From contig CBDCZS010000003.1 in assembly GCA_965224625.1 (NCBI GenBank), positions 42,661-106,660 of the forward strand: a stretch of 64,000 nucleotides of DNA. Direction: 5' to 3'. The notes under the pieces were generated by a model. That model saw nothing but the letters and a program-made list of their open reading frames with translations, searched no databases and was not told the origin of the DNA. The stretch comes from Bythopirellula sp. (GTDB lineage: Bacteria > Planctomycetota > Planctomycetia > Pirellulales > Lacipirellulaceae). Shown here in pieces: positions 9,371 through 18,636 of this stretch (position 1 is the stretch's first letter; each line of letters starts with the position of its first letter). Position numbers and translations under genes: made by a program.

Positions 9371-10528
9371 GACTCAACTTTCACGGCGTAGGCGGCTTCG
9401 AGGTCGGCGATGAATTGGTCGAGCTGTTCGCGGCGGACATGGGGCATCGTGATAATATGCGCATCGTTGCCCTGCACGGCAATCTGCCACTTTTCTAGGA
9501 CCGGCTTGGGGGGCGTCGGAAAGACGACCGTCATTGCTAGTGGGTTTCGCCAAGCGGCGATTCCGAGGGTTTTTAATCGGTTGACCACGTACTCGGCATT
9601 CTCCAAGCAACGGGCGACTTTCTCGGCGAAACCTTGACGACCGTATTTGCGGATAGCATACCATAGAAAGAGGGGCGTGATGCCGTTGCGCGAACCGGTG
9701 ATGGTCGTGTCGAGCGTGCCGACATACTCGATGAGTCGAGAGATACGGCTGACGTGGTCCTTGCGAGCCAGGACGATTCCGCATGGGACGGGCGAGCCGA
9801 TGAGCTTGTGGCCGCTGATCGAGACGCTATCGATGCCTGCTCGAAAATCCCAGATGGGGGCGTCGTCGAGAAACGGCAGGACCATGCCGCCCAGTGCGGC
9901 ATCGCAGTGGAGGTACGATCGGGGGACGGCCATCGAATCTAGGATTTCACGAATCCGGCCAACGTCGTCGACGCCTTGCTTCATCGTGGTGCCGATGTTG
10001 GCGAAGATAATGGGCGGCACTGCGCGATGAATGCGGATCGTTTCTTGGAGGTCTTCGTAGTCGATCTGGCCGCTGGGGAGCGAGCGGATCATGATGCTGG
10101 GCATCTTGAGAACGCGCAGATTCTTGCTGACGCTGTAATGCGTTTGCTCGGAATAATAAACCATTCCGTCCGGGTAGAGTTCTCTTGCTAGGTAGAGTCC
10201 GTAGAGATTGCCCTCGGACCCGCCGTTGGTGACGTAACCCCAATAGTCGTCAGGCGGGGCATGAAGCAAGTCGGCAAACCAAGTCGAGCACTTCGCATTC
10301 GATCTGCTTGGTGTTGACGCGATAGCTGCTCGGAACAAACGGATCGCCGACGTTGTTGATCGGGAAACGGAGGAACCGAAACAGAGGCTCGTAGTCCATC
10401 TCTCCGGAACAAGGATAGCCGATGAAGGTCTTGTACTCGGTTTCGATCTGGTGGTACAGTTCGTCGAGTCGGTCGTCGAGTCGGTCGTTGTCGGTGGTCG
10501 AAATGTCGGTGGTCGAAATGCGATCCAT
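9367..10528 (-). pseudogene. hdc: PLP-dependent histidine decarboxylase (group II), split by a +1 frameshift at about 10281-10282 (true pseudogene or sequencing error)
   Basis: The N-terminal frame has FIGYP, NNVGDPF and IECEVLD; the C-terminal frame has [42 protein letters not shown] and the PLP lysine SGHK. Removing one T from GAC-T-TGG (minus strand) joins them into about 386 aa. Confidence 0.88.
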
Positions 10529-10664
10529 TTTTTGGTGCAACCGGGGCTTCGTTCAATAGATAGTTTCCATCTCCACGATACACCGACGGCGTGAGCTCGG
10601 AGAGTCGCATTCCTCGGTTGACAATCGCCTTGTCTTTTGACGCGAGCCGCAAGGGCGGGGTGTT

Positions 10665-12309
10665 CTAGCGGAAGAAGGTTCTTCGCAAGGCGGCAAGGCC
10701 GAGGGTTAGGGCTGCAAGTAGGGTTGCGGTTGCTGGCTCGGGGACGATTGTTAAGGATGTCGACGCGGCAGAAAAATCGCGTTGCCATCGCAGAAAATCG
10801 GAGCCGTCGATGTCGTGGTCGGCGTCGGCGTCGCCTTGCGTGTGGGTGGCGTTGGCGGATGTACCAAAGCCTGTTTGCCAGAGGTCGAGGTCGTCGTGGT
10901 TGACCAAGCCATCGACCGAAAAATCGGCTGCGTTGCAAATTCCGGGCTGGCCGCATTTTGCAAGGACGACTTGCGAAAAGGGGGGCATCACGATTTGGCT
11001 TCCGGCGAGCGGGGCAAAAGTCCACTCGCCATGCAAGGGCGAAACAGACTCGGGGTGATATTCTCCGGTCGGACCTGGGGAGGCGAGGGAAAAGAGGCCG
11101 GGCGAGCTGAGGTTGACGGTGTTGGTTTGATCCGTGGCGTTGACGAACCATGTTCCCCAATCGAAATCCCAGGCGATCGGATCGTCGGGGTCGACGGCAG
11201 GGTCGACGCCATAGACGCCTGCGATCTCGGTGGTCGGTAAGTTGGGTACGGAGTTGGTTGGCGAGACTTCGTTGTACCACTGGTTGCCTGCGAACTGAAA
11301 GGTAAGAGGCTCGGTTTCTGCGCCGATGTTCACCGCGCGGTTATACTCGGACGGCGAATCATGAAAACGGACGATGTTGTCGTGGAACCGTCCGTTCTTG
11401 GTGTCGACGATTGCTGTTCCTGCGATTTTCGTTCAGGATGCGCATGGTCCATGTGCCGGGGCGCTCGATATAGTTGTGGTGGAATTCGCCACCGTCGATG
11501 TTGACCCAGGAGAAGGCCGAGTTGCCGCCGAGCACGATGTTTCCTTCGGCCAGAATGTTGCGTGCTTCGTAGCCCGAGTCGCCGTCGATAAATCGGAAAA
11601 ACTGCGTTCCGGTGGAACCGCCTGCCTGAATTGCTCGTCCTTGGCCAATCGGCATCTCAATTCGGTTTGCCCGGATCGTGATGTTTTTGCTACCGCCCTT
11701 GGGGCGAATTCCCGAGCCACCCGCACCGTGCGTGCTGGTATGCAACCAGGAGTTTTGGATGAGTCCGTTGTGCGAGCCGACCATGTCGATGGCGCTGCCG
11801 CCGTCGCCCCAGTCGTCGACTTCGACGCCGTCGACCAAAAAACCGTTGACGCCCGAAAGCTTGATTCCGTCTTGGTTGCCCGTGCTGCCGGCGCGACGGA
11901 CTACGATATTGCGAAGCGTGATGTCTGTGGCGGGCGTGGCCGGTGTTCCGCCATCGTCGAAGTTGAGACCATTGAAAACGGCATCTTGAAAGATGAGATC
12001 TTGGATCGTGACTTGCTGGGCGTCGGCCAACTGGATGTTGGTGTTGCCGCCTTGGATAATTGCACGATTTGCGGGGTCGACGCTACGAATGGTGACGTTC
12101 GTCAGGTTTGCGCGAAAGATTCCACCGGCGTAGGTGCCTGGCTGGAGGAGGATATTGTCGCCGGCGCCGACCGTCTGGAAGGCGTTGTGCAATTGAGAGG
12201 TCGTCGAGACGACGAGATCGGCGGCCCGGCAGGCCGCGCAAGTTGCGATCAGCAGAGGGATCAGTGTTAGGCGTATTGGAAGGAGCATGTCTTGGATTTC
12301 CTTTTTCAT
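10665..12309 (-). pseudogene. Secreted right-handed beta-helix protein with dockerin-like repeat and PEP-CTERM tail, split by a +1 frameshift at about 11424-11430
   Basis: ORF 11359-12309 has a signal peptide and beta-helix repeats up to WTMRILNEN. The next frame continues AGTAIVDTKNGRFHDNIVRF...VNIGAETEPLTFQFAGNQWY into ORF 10665-11333, which ends GDADADHDIDGSDFLRWQR...VPEPATATLLAALTLGLAALRR. Confidence 0.8.
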
Positions 12310-12531
12310 TCCACAAGGACTCCGACCCCCTCCTTCTGATTCTAACCGTCGGTCCTGAGTTATTCCACCAACACCGCCGTACAGAAACTCCGGCGGGCAA
12401 TATCACAAGTTGATTGCTTTTGTGTGTAGGACATCGCAGCCAGCGTTTGGTAGAACAGGCAGGGCGGGCCGGGGCGTTCTCTGTCCACGCACAAAGCTGA
12501 CAATCTGACAACCGATGGGAAGATGACAATC

Positions 12532-15500
12532 ATGGGTTTCCAATCGTTCTGGCCAAAATGGCTGCTTCTTCTCGCAGTTGCCGCAGGGATCGTCGCGCCG
12601 ACGACTTCCTTGGCGAAGACCTATCGCCTGACGCCGAAAAGTCGGTGGGTGACGATTTTGGCGTCCGAAAATCTTAGGCCGGGCGACGAAATTGTTTTTT
12701 CTCAGGGTGTGTACCGAAATGATGGCAACATTATTATTCGCCAGCGTGGCACGGCCGATCGTCCGATTGTGATTCGGGCGGCCAAGGGTGCGCGGGTTTT
12801 GTTTGATGCGGGCAAAAGTGGGCGCAATCACCGTGCTTTTAGAAACGTCTTGATGGTCGAGGGTTGTCAGCACTTGCGCATTCAGGGCCTAGAACTGACG
12901 GGCGGGAGTTCGGGGATCCGAATGTTCAAGTATGGAAAGTATCATGTCGAGCATGTGACGATCGAAGATTGTCATATTCACCATGTTGGTAACTGTGCCG
13001 TCGCGGCGAACCACCCCGACAATCGGTATGTGGGCATCGTTCTGCGTCGCAACCACATCCACCACACAGCAGGCGTCGGCGAAGCCTTTTATCTGGGGGC
13101 CAATGATGCGAAGGGGTTGTTTATTGATGGTATTATCGAGCAAAACTATATCCACCATCTTACGGGTCCGAAGGTGGAGCAGGGCGATGGCATCGAAATT
13201 AAGCAGGGCAGCTACAACAACATCATCCGCGACAACGTGATCCATGATACGCAGTACCCGGCGATTCTGGTCTATGGCACCCGTGGCAAAGCGCCAAACA
13301 TTATCGAGCGCAACGTGATTTGGGGATGCCAGACCCATGCGATCCAGGCGGCTTCGGACGCCGTGATTCGGAACAATATCATTTTTGATTGCCGACATAA
13401 CGGTATCCACAGTCAGAACCACCAGGGGGCGATTCCAGGGGATTTGACGATCGTGAACAACACGGTTTACGCCCAAGGGACGGCGATTCATGTCTCTCGT
13501 CCGAGCGAGGGTGCGCTGAGCGGGCCGATTGTGATCGCCAACAATGCGCTTTATGCGAAAAAGGGGCCGGTGCTGAATTTGCCCCGACTCGAGGGGTTTA
13601 CGGTAGCTGCGAATTTCGGATTCTGCAATCAGGACGTGCCTTTCGATGCAGAAGAGTGGCAAGAATCAGCACGTCGGACCGCCGATTTTACTGCCTTTGC
13701 TAAGCGAGACGCGCACCTGCGGCCCGACTCTATGCTTCGCGGTGCTGCCAATTCGGAGTACCTGCCCAGCGACGATTTTAATGGGCGATTGCGTGGCCAC
13801 TCTAACGATGTGGGGGCCTATGTTGCTGAATCGCAACCGTTGGCGAGTGGCGAGATTCGTGATGGATTTAAGGTGATGTTGCCGCTTGCTATTGCGACGA
13901 GTTCGGTCGTCCTAGAAGAAAAAGTTGAGGGGGCGCAGCGTGTGGTCGTTGGCGATCCTCAGCTCAAAACCGACCATCCTTGGTTTCCGGGCGAGCTTTC
14001 GTGTTCGACGTTCGAGCGACTTTTTGCGACGCAGGCCGCGCTGTACGAGCGTGTGACGGGCCGAAAAGCGGACACGGACGAAGACAAGGCGATCGCCTCT
14101 TGGTACTGGCGCAACTTGAACTTTTACCACAATTACTCGCCTCGCGAGAACTATTGGGACCAAGAAATTTCGGCGGGCATCCAAGACAATAAGGATGTGG
14201 TTTACGAGTATTGGTCGGGGCTGTTTTCTTATGGGTTTTCGCTTTGTGGCACCACCCACGCGCAGTATACGGCCGAGATGGAGCATCTGCTGGGGCATTG
14301 CCGATCGCGGGCCGTTAGCGTGCCGGGCCATACGGCGTTCGAGGTTTTTTTGAAGGACAAGCAGTATGGACCTGACGGCGATTGGGCGTTGTTGGACCAT
14401 GACGTTTCGGCGATTGTTTTTGACGACCCGACGTCTCCTAGCCGTTTGCTCAACTTGTGGGACATCGCCTATGCCGGCGAACCGCCAAGCAAAACTGCTC
14501 GTCCGTTGGCCGAACGCGAGTCGATGCTCGACAACACCGGCGCGCCGAAATCCAATCGGGGTTGGTTCAAATCGGGCTTATACTTTCCCAAAGAAAACAC
14601 CGATGCGACGGATGCGGACACGATGGGCGGCTATGCAGACGTCTACAGCCTGTTGCCGCTTTCTGGCTATGCGGCCGTGACGCCGAGGGTTTCTTTGCGG
14701 CGCAATGAGGTGCTGCGACGCTATTTGCAACCGGGGCTGGGCAAAGAGACCTATGTCTACTGGGGTCCCAACATGAACAGCCGTGGAATCCCTGGTCCGG
14801 GACGCGATCGGACCTGGGCGTGCGAGCCAGAGCGAATGTTTCGGGCCACGCGCGACACCGAAACTGCCGACGTTGCGCGGTATGGCAACGCGGTTTACAT
14901 GTTCAAGCCGAATTTTGCTGACGGAAGCTATCGCGACGCGGTGATCGCAGAAGACGAGAAGTCGGTCACGCTCTTTTTTCATTCGCCTTACGCCATCGGT
15001 GCGACGCCCGCTGCTGACCAAGCCGACGAACCCTGGGGAACCCTCCTTCCTGGCTGCACCAACGGATTGATGCTGGCTGCGAAAAAAGGAACTTGTTCGG
15101 TGCAGCTTTCCTCGGACCATGGGCGGACTTGGTCTGAAACTATTGAACTTGCTGGCGGTACCCGTATTGACCTGACCGATGAGGCTAAGGGGCTGCACAG
15201 CTACTATCTGCGATTGAATGCTAGTGCCGTGGACTTGGCCAAAATGGGCATTGCGGTGCGTACCGTCTGTATGGCCAACGATCGGCTCATTCCGCATTTG
15301 AAATCGGAGGGATCGACGGTCACGTTTGCTTCGACCGGCACGGCGACGTTCTCGGTTGGTCCCAACGTACGGCAGGCGCAAGGGTTTATCACCGCCGGTG
15401 GTTTTGGACAAGATCACGTCGAGATGACGATCGCCTCGCCCAACGGAGCGCGGATTCAGGGTGTCACGGCCTCGGCCCAGGTCGCCTCGAAAAACCCGCC

Positions 15501-15930
15501 TGACGAATCGGTACGCTACCAAATCGAAGTATCGACCGATGGGGGCACGACGTGGCAATCGATTGTGCGTGATTGGCAGATCGAAAGAATGGGCTACCAA
15601 GTCGAGGACTATTTTTCCAAATCGTACTGTTATGGCACCCGTCAACTGACTGACAAAGCGAACGAAGTCGTGTTGCGATTCAGCAACGATGGGGGTGTCC
15701 AATACCAACGGACCGAAGCGCAGCTCACTTACGAAACTCCTAACAATTCGCCCCTTCGTGTGACGTTCCAATGGGCCGAAGGCAAAGAGGGCGAGAATGC
15801 TACGGTAAGAAAATCCTCACGCGTCTTTCTCGGGAGGCCGGACGAGGTTGAATCGACGTGGGAGATCGCCACGGGGGCGAACGTCGAGACCGATTGGGTC
15901 GAGATGCAGCTTGATCCGCATGGACCTTGA
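12532..15930 (+). CDS. Secreted fusion protein: right-handed beta-helix domain plus C-terminal region with a transglutaminase/papain-like Cys-His-Asp motif set
   Basis: Signal peptide. The first ~450 aa are paralogous to 18637 and 21063 (QGDGIEIKQGSYNNIIRDNVIHDT). The C-terminal part has GFSLCGTTH, PGHTAFEVF and WALLDHD. Confidence 0.75.
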   Translation: MGFQSFWPKWLLLLAVAAGIVAPTTSLAKTYRLTPKSRWVTILASENLRPGDEIVFSQGVYRNDGNIIIRQRGTADRPIVIRAAKGARVLFDAGKSGRNHRAFRNVLMVEGCQHLRIQGLELTGGSSGIRMFKYGKYHVEHVTIEDCHIHHVGNCAVAANHPDNRYVGIVLRRNHIHHTAGVGEAFYLGANDAKGLFIDGIIEQNYIHHLTGPKVEQGDGIEIKQGSYNNIIRDNVIHDTQYPAILVYGTRGKAPNIIERNVIWGCQTHAIQAASDAVIRNNIIFDCRHNGIHSQNHQGAIPGDLTIVNNTVYAQGTAIHVSRPSEGALSGPIVIANNALYAKKGPVLNLPRLEGFTVAANFGFCNQDVPFDAEEWQESARRTADFTAFAKRDAHLRPDSMLRGAANSEYLPSDDFNGRLRGHSNDVGAYVAESQPLASGEIRDGFKVMLPLAIATSSVVLEEKVEGAQRVVVGDPQLKTDHPWFPGELSCSTFERLFATQAALYERVTGRKADTDEDKAIASWYWRNLNFYHNYSPRENYWDQEISAGIQDNKDVVYEYWSGLFSYGFSLCGTTHAQYTAEMEHLLGHCRSRAVSVPGHTAFEVFLKDKQYGPDGDWALLDHDVSAIVFDDPTSPSRLLNLWDIAYAGEPPSKTARPLAERESMLDNTGAPKSNRGWFKSGLYFPKENTDATDADTMGGYADVYSLLPLSGYAAVTPRVSLRRNEVLRRYLQPGLGKETYVYWGPNMNSRGIPGPGRDRTWACEPERMFRATRDTETADVARYGNAVYMFKPNFADGSYRDAVIAEDEKSVTLFFHSPYAIGATPAADQADEPWGTLLPGCTNGLMLAAKKGTCSVQLSSDHGRTWSETIELAGGTRIDLTDEAKGLHSYYLRLNASAVDLAKMGIAVRTVCMANDRLIPHLKSEGSTVTFASTGTATFSVGPNVRQAQGFITAGGFGQDHVEMTIASPNGARIQGVTASAQVASKNPPDESVRYQIEVSTDGGTTWQSIVRDWQIERMGYQVEDYFSKSYCYGTRQLTDKANEVVLRFSNDGGVQYQRTEAQLTYETPNNSPLRVTFQWAEGKEGENATVRKSSRVFLGRPDEVESTWEIATGANVETDWVEMQLDPHGP

Positions 15931-15983
15931 GAGCCTAAGGGGCAGTGGAAAACCTGCGAGACGGTCTGCTCAGCGGTTATGTG

Positions 15984-16862
15984 CTAGCTCGACGCGGCTT
16001 GTTTGAGGGGTAGGTTTGAGGCCCCATTCGTCATGGCTGGATCCCAGGTTGGAAACAACTCGCGCCGTTGCGATGTGTTGGGGACTGCGCCGTATTCACT
16101 GATCTCAAAGACCTCGACAAACTCGATTTCGTTACCTTCCTTGTCGCCAAAGGCGTTGATCAAGTCGTCTCGGAAGTGGTTGGCTCGTGGCCCTGCGTGC
16201 CGGGTGTACCAAGCACGTAGCCATTCGAGGCGTTCGGCAGGGCCATCGGGTACGGTTTCTAGGGTGCCCTCTTCGTAGGGGAGCCACTCGAAAACTTGCG
16301 AATGCTGGCAGGCCAACATGGCTACGATCTGGTCCACGTATTGGGTTACATCGATGACTTCATCTGCCAGTAGCCGTGTGGGACGGGTGAATAAGTCTTG
16401 CATGTAGGCAAAAACAGGGGGCTGCGACAACGCGGGATAGTCGGGCAATACCCGGGGGACCGTCACTAGGTAGGAGGCGTCCTGGACGCTTTGTCCGACT
16501 GCGCGATGATCGGGGTGGTAGTCGCAGGTGCGATGCGTCAGCACGAGATCTGGCTTGAAGCTTCGGATTTCCTGGATGATTCGGTGGCGTACTTCGAGCG
16601 TGGCTTGCAGTTGCCCGTCGGGGAAGTGGAGCGTTTCGTACTCAGCGCCGATGACCTTGCCGGCGTCGGCTGCTTCTTGGCGTCGCATGGGGATAAGATC
16701 GCAGGCATTGCGCTCGTAGTGCCCCGCCGCTCCGTCGGTAACCGACAGCATTTTTACAGTCCGCCCAAGCTGACGGTAGATGGTCGCTAGCCCGCCGGCA
16801 TGAAATTCGGCGTCGTCGGGATGGGCAGCGATAATAAGTAATCGGGGACCGCTTGAAGACAT
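15984..16862 (-). CDS. PIG-L/LmbE family deacetylase
   Basis: Zn-binding motifs AAHPDDAE and YHPDH; VTDG, RRQEA and FPDG family signatures. Confidence 0.92.
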   Translation of the reverse strand: MSSSGPRLLIIAAHPDDAEFHAGGLATIYRQLGRTVKMLSVTDGAAGHYERNACDLIPMRRQEAADAGKVIGAEYETLHFPDGQLQATLEVRHRIIQEIRSFKPDLVLTHRTCDYHPDHRAVGQSVQDASYLVTVPRVLPDYPALSQPPVFAYMQDLFTRPTRLLADEVIDVTQYVDQIVAMLACQHSQVFEWLPYEEGTLETVPDGPAERLEWLRAWYTRHAGPRANHFRDDLINAFGDKEGNEIEFVEVFEISEYGAVPNTSQRRELFPTWDPAMTNGASNLPLKQAASS

Positions 16863-17431
16863 AGGTACTCGGCTATTTGAATTGGGCTATTTGAATTGGT
16901 TAGTTCGTGTTGTTATGCGAGATCGCGGATTCTTAAAGTTCTTAAAGAATGTTGCCTCTCTGTGTCCATCTTATCTAGCGTCTCCGACAACTACAAGAAG
17001 ATGGGGGTCGTGCGTGGCGCGTCGAGAAGCTGTCTGCGCTGCGTTCTTTTTTGCTGGGAATCCGCAAGCACGTTCGTTGCACTTTATCATGCTAGGCTCT
17101 ATGAATTCGGTCTTGATCGAACCTTGTAGGTAATGCCCGCACAAAGACCTAAAGACAAGATTACTGTGATAGCGGCCTTTTGCTTGTACTAATCCGTACC
17201 TAGCTACTAGAGTGGAAGAGTAGCAAGTGTGCGAGAGTGTATCGGTTAGGTAGTCGAAGTCGTTTTGGTAAGCCTGACTTCAAACGGTGGTTGCTTAGTC
17301 CTTTTCATGACCACGATGATTCGCCGCCCGTTCACATGCCCAGGTTCAAATAACCTCAAACGTCCTTTTCCGGAAGTCACACCAATAGCGGTGTCGCTGT
17401 GCCGGGCAACTTTTCAGTAGGAGAAGCGATA

Positions 17432-18523
17432 ATGACGAAGTCTTTGAAATTGAGTGCCATGTTGCTGGTGGCCGTCTCTGCATTTGGAGTGACAGCCGAC
17501 AGCGCTCTGGGCCAAGTCACGATGCGATTTGATGTTTCGCGGGATGTTGGGATTTGGGGGCATGATAGTGGGTTTGGTAATGAGCAGCTGAGTAGTGCGG
17601 GCGATTCGGGGCGGATTCGTCCTTTCAAGTCCAGGGATCATGCTGCCATCCTCGATTTTGATACGGCTGCCATGAGCGTGTTTCTGAACTCCGACCCTGG
17701 GGCGGTGGTCACTGCCGAGTTGTTCATTCTGGGGGCAGACAATAAAACTTCTCTTAACGGGGATATTGGTATCCAAACCGTCGAGTCGACCAACGATTGG
17801 GTCGAAGGGAATGGTGATGGCGGTGGGGGAAACTTGAACTGGACCGCAGGGACGTCGGCTGCCACCTACTTTTACGCTTCCACAGCTAAATCTGCGGGGG
17901 GGAGCTTGGATGCTTTGAACAGCCTCATCTGGAATGACCCGGACAGCGGTCCCTATACGTTTACTAGCCGGACCCCTAATAATGCCTTTTATGGTGTACC
18001 GGCATCGGTAACCGACGCCAACCCAACGCCGGAGTTTACCAACTCTACGAAGATTTCGGCAGCGGCCATCGCGGTTGCGGGTGCTGCGGACTATGTCTCG
18101 ACCAGCATTGATGCGAACATTATCAATGCCATGGCCACCGAAGTGAATAATCGAGGGATCCGACTCGGCCAGACTTTTGATAGTAGCGGAAACACAAACA
18201 CGGTCGGGACAGGCGGAAACTTTCGGATGTGGGATCGCAACCAAGATGGCGGCCTGTTTACGCCCTACCTAGAGATCACGCTCTCCCCTTCGACGGGGCA
18301 GGACGGTGACTTTGACGGCGACCTGGACGTTGACGGTGCCGATTTTCTCAAGTGGCAGGTTGATGGCCTTCCGGCAAGCGACCTGACTCTCTGGCAAAAT
18401 AACTATCCGACGCCATCGACCCTTGCCAGTGTGAACGCTGTGCCCGAGCCTAGCTCGATCGCGCTGTTGATGCTCAGCTCGACGCTGTTGATGGGACGCC
18501 GCAACGCGCGACGCTCGCGGTAG
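17432..18523 (+). CDS. PEP-CTERM protein with DNRLRE/CBM96-like domain and dockerin-like motif
   Basis: SD aggag then ATG 17432; signal peptide; AILDFD...VVTAELFIL...NDWVEGNG resembles DNRLRE domains; GDFDGDLDVDGADFLKWQ; VPEPSSIALLML + TM + RR. Confidence 0.82.
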   Translation: MTKSLKLSAMLLVAVSAFGVTADSALGQVTMRFDVSRDVGIWGHDSGFGNEQLSSAGDSGRIRPFKSRDHAAILDFDTAAMSVFLNSDPGAVVTAELFILGADNKTSLNGDIGIQTVESTNDWVEGNGDGGGGNLNWTAGTSAATYFYASTAKSAGGSLDALNSLIWNDPDSGPYTFTSRTPNNAFYGVPASVTDANPTPEFTNSTKISAAAIAVAGAADYVSTSIDANIINAMATEVNNRGIRLGQTFDSSGNTNTVGTGGNFRMWDRNQDGGLFTPYLEITLSPSTGQDGDFDGDLDVDGADFLKWQVDGLPASDLTLWQNNYPTPSTLASVNAVPEPSSIALLMLSSTLLMGRRNARRSR

Positions 18524-18636
18524 GGCATCGACTTCAGCGATTTTATGATATCGGCAAAAACAGCAGCCGAGCCAGCAAAGGGGCAAATGGCTCGGCTGTT
18601 TCTTATAGGCAGAGAACAGAGAAAAGAGGACTTGCT

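Noticed and set aside
9367-11280. 637-aa ORF as one protein
   Set aside because: Only the C-terminal ~300 aa are HDC. The N-terminal part is an Arg-rich off-frame read over the PEP-CTERM gene, and the real HDC N-terminus is in another frame.
11340-11370. Programmed +1 frameshift at CCG TTT TCA TGA ending ORF 11359-12309
   Set aside because: UUU-U would allow re-pairing, but family-like sequence (NGRFHDNIVRF) is already in the second frame about 60 nt earlier, so the break lies at 11424-11430.
16882-17133. Short ORFs in the 16862-17432 intergenic region
   Set aside because: No SD sequence or motif, and two overlapping frames with atypical composition; more likely divergent promoter DNA.
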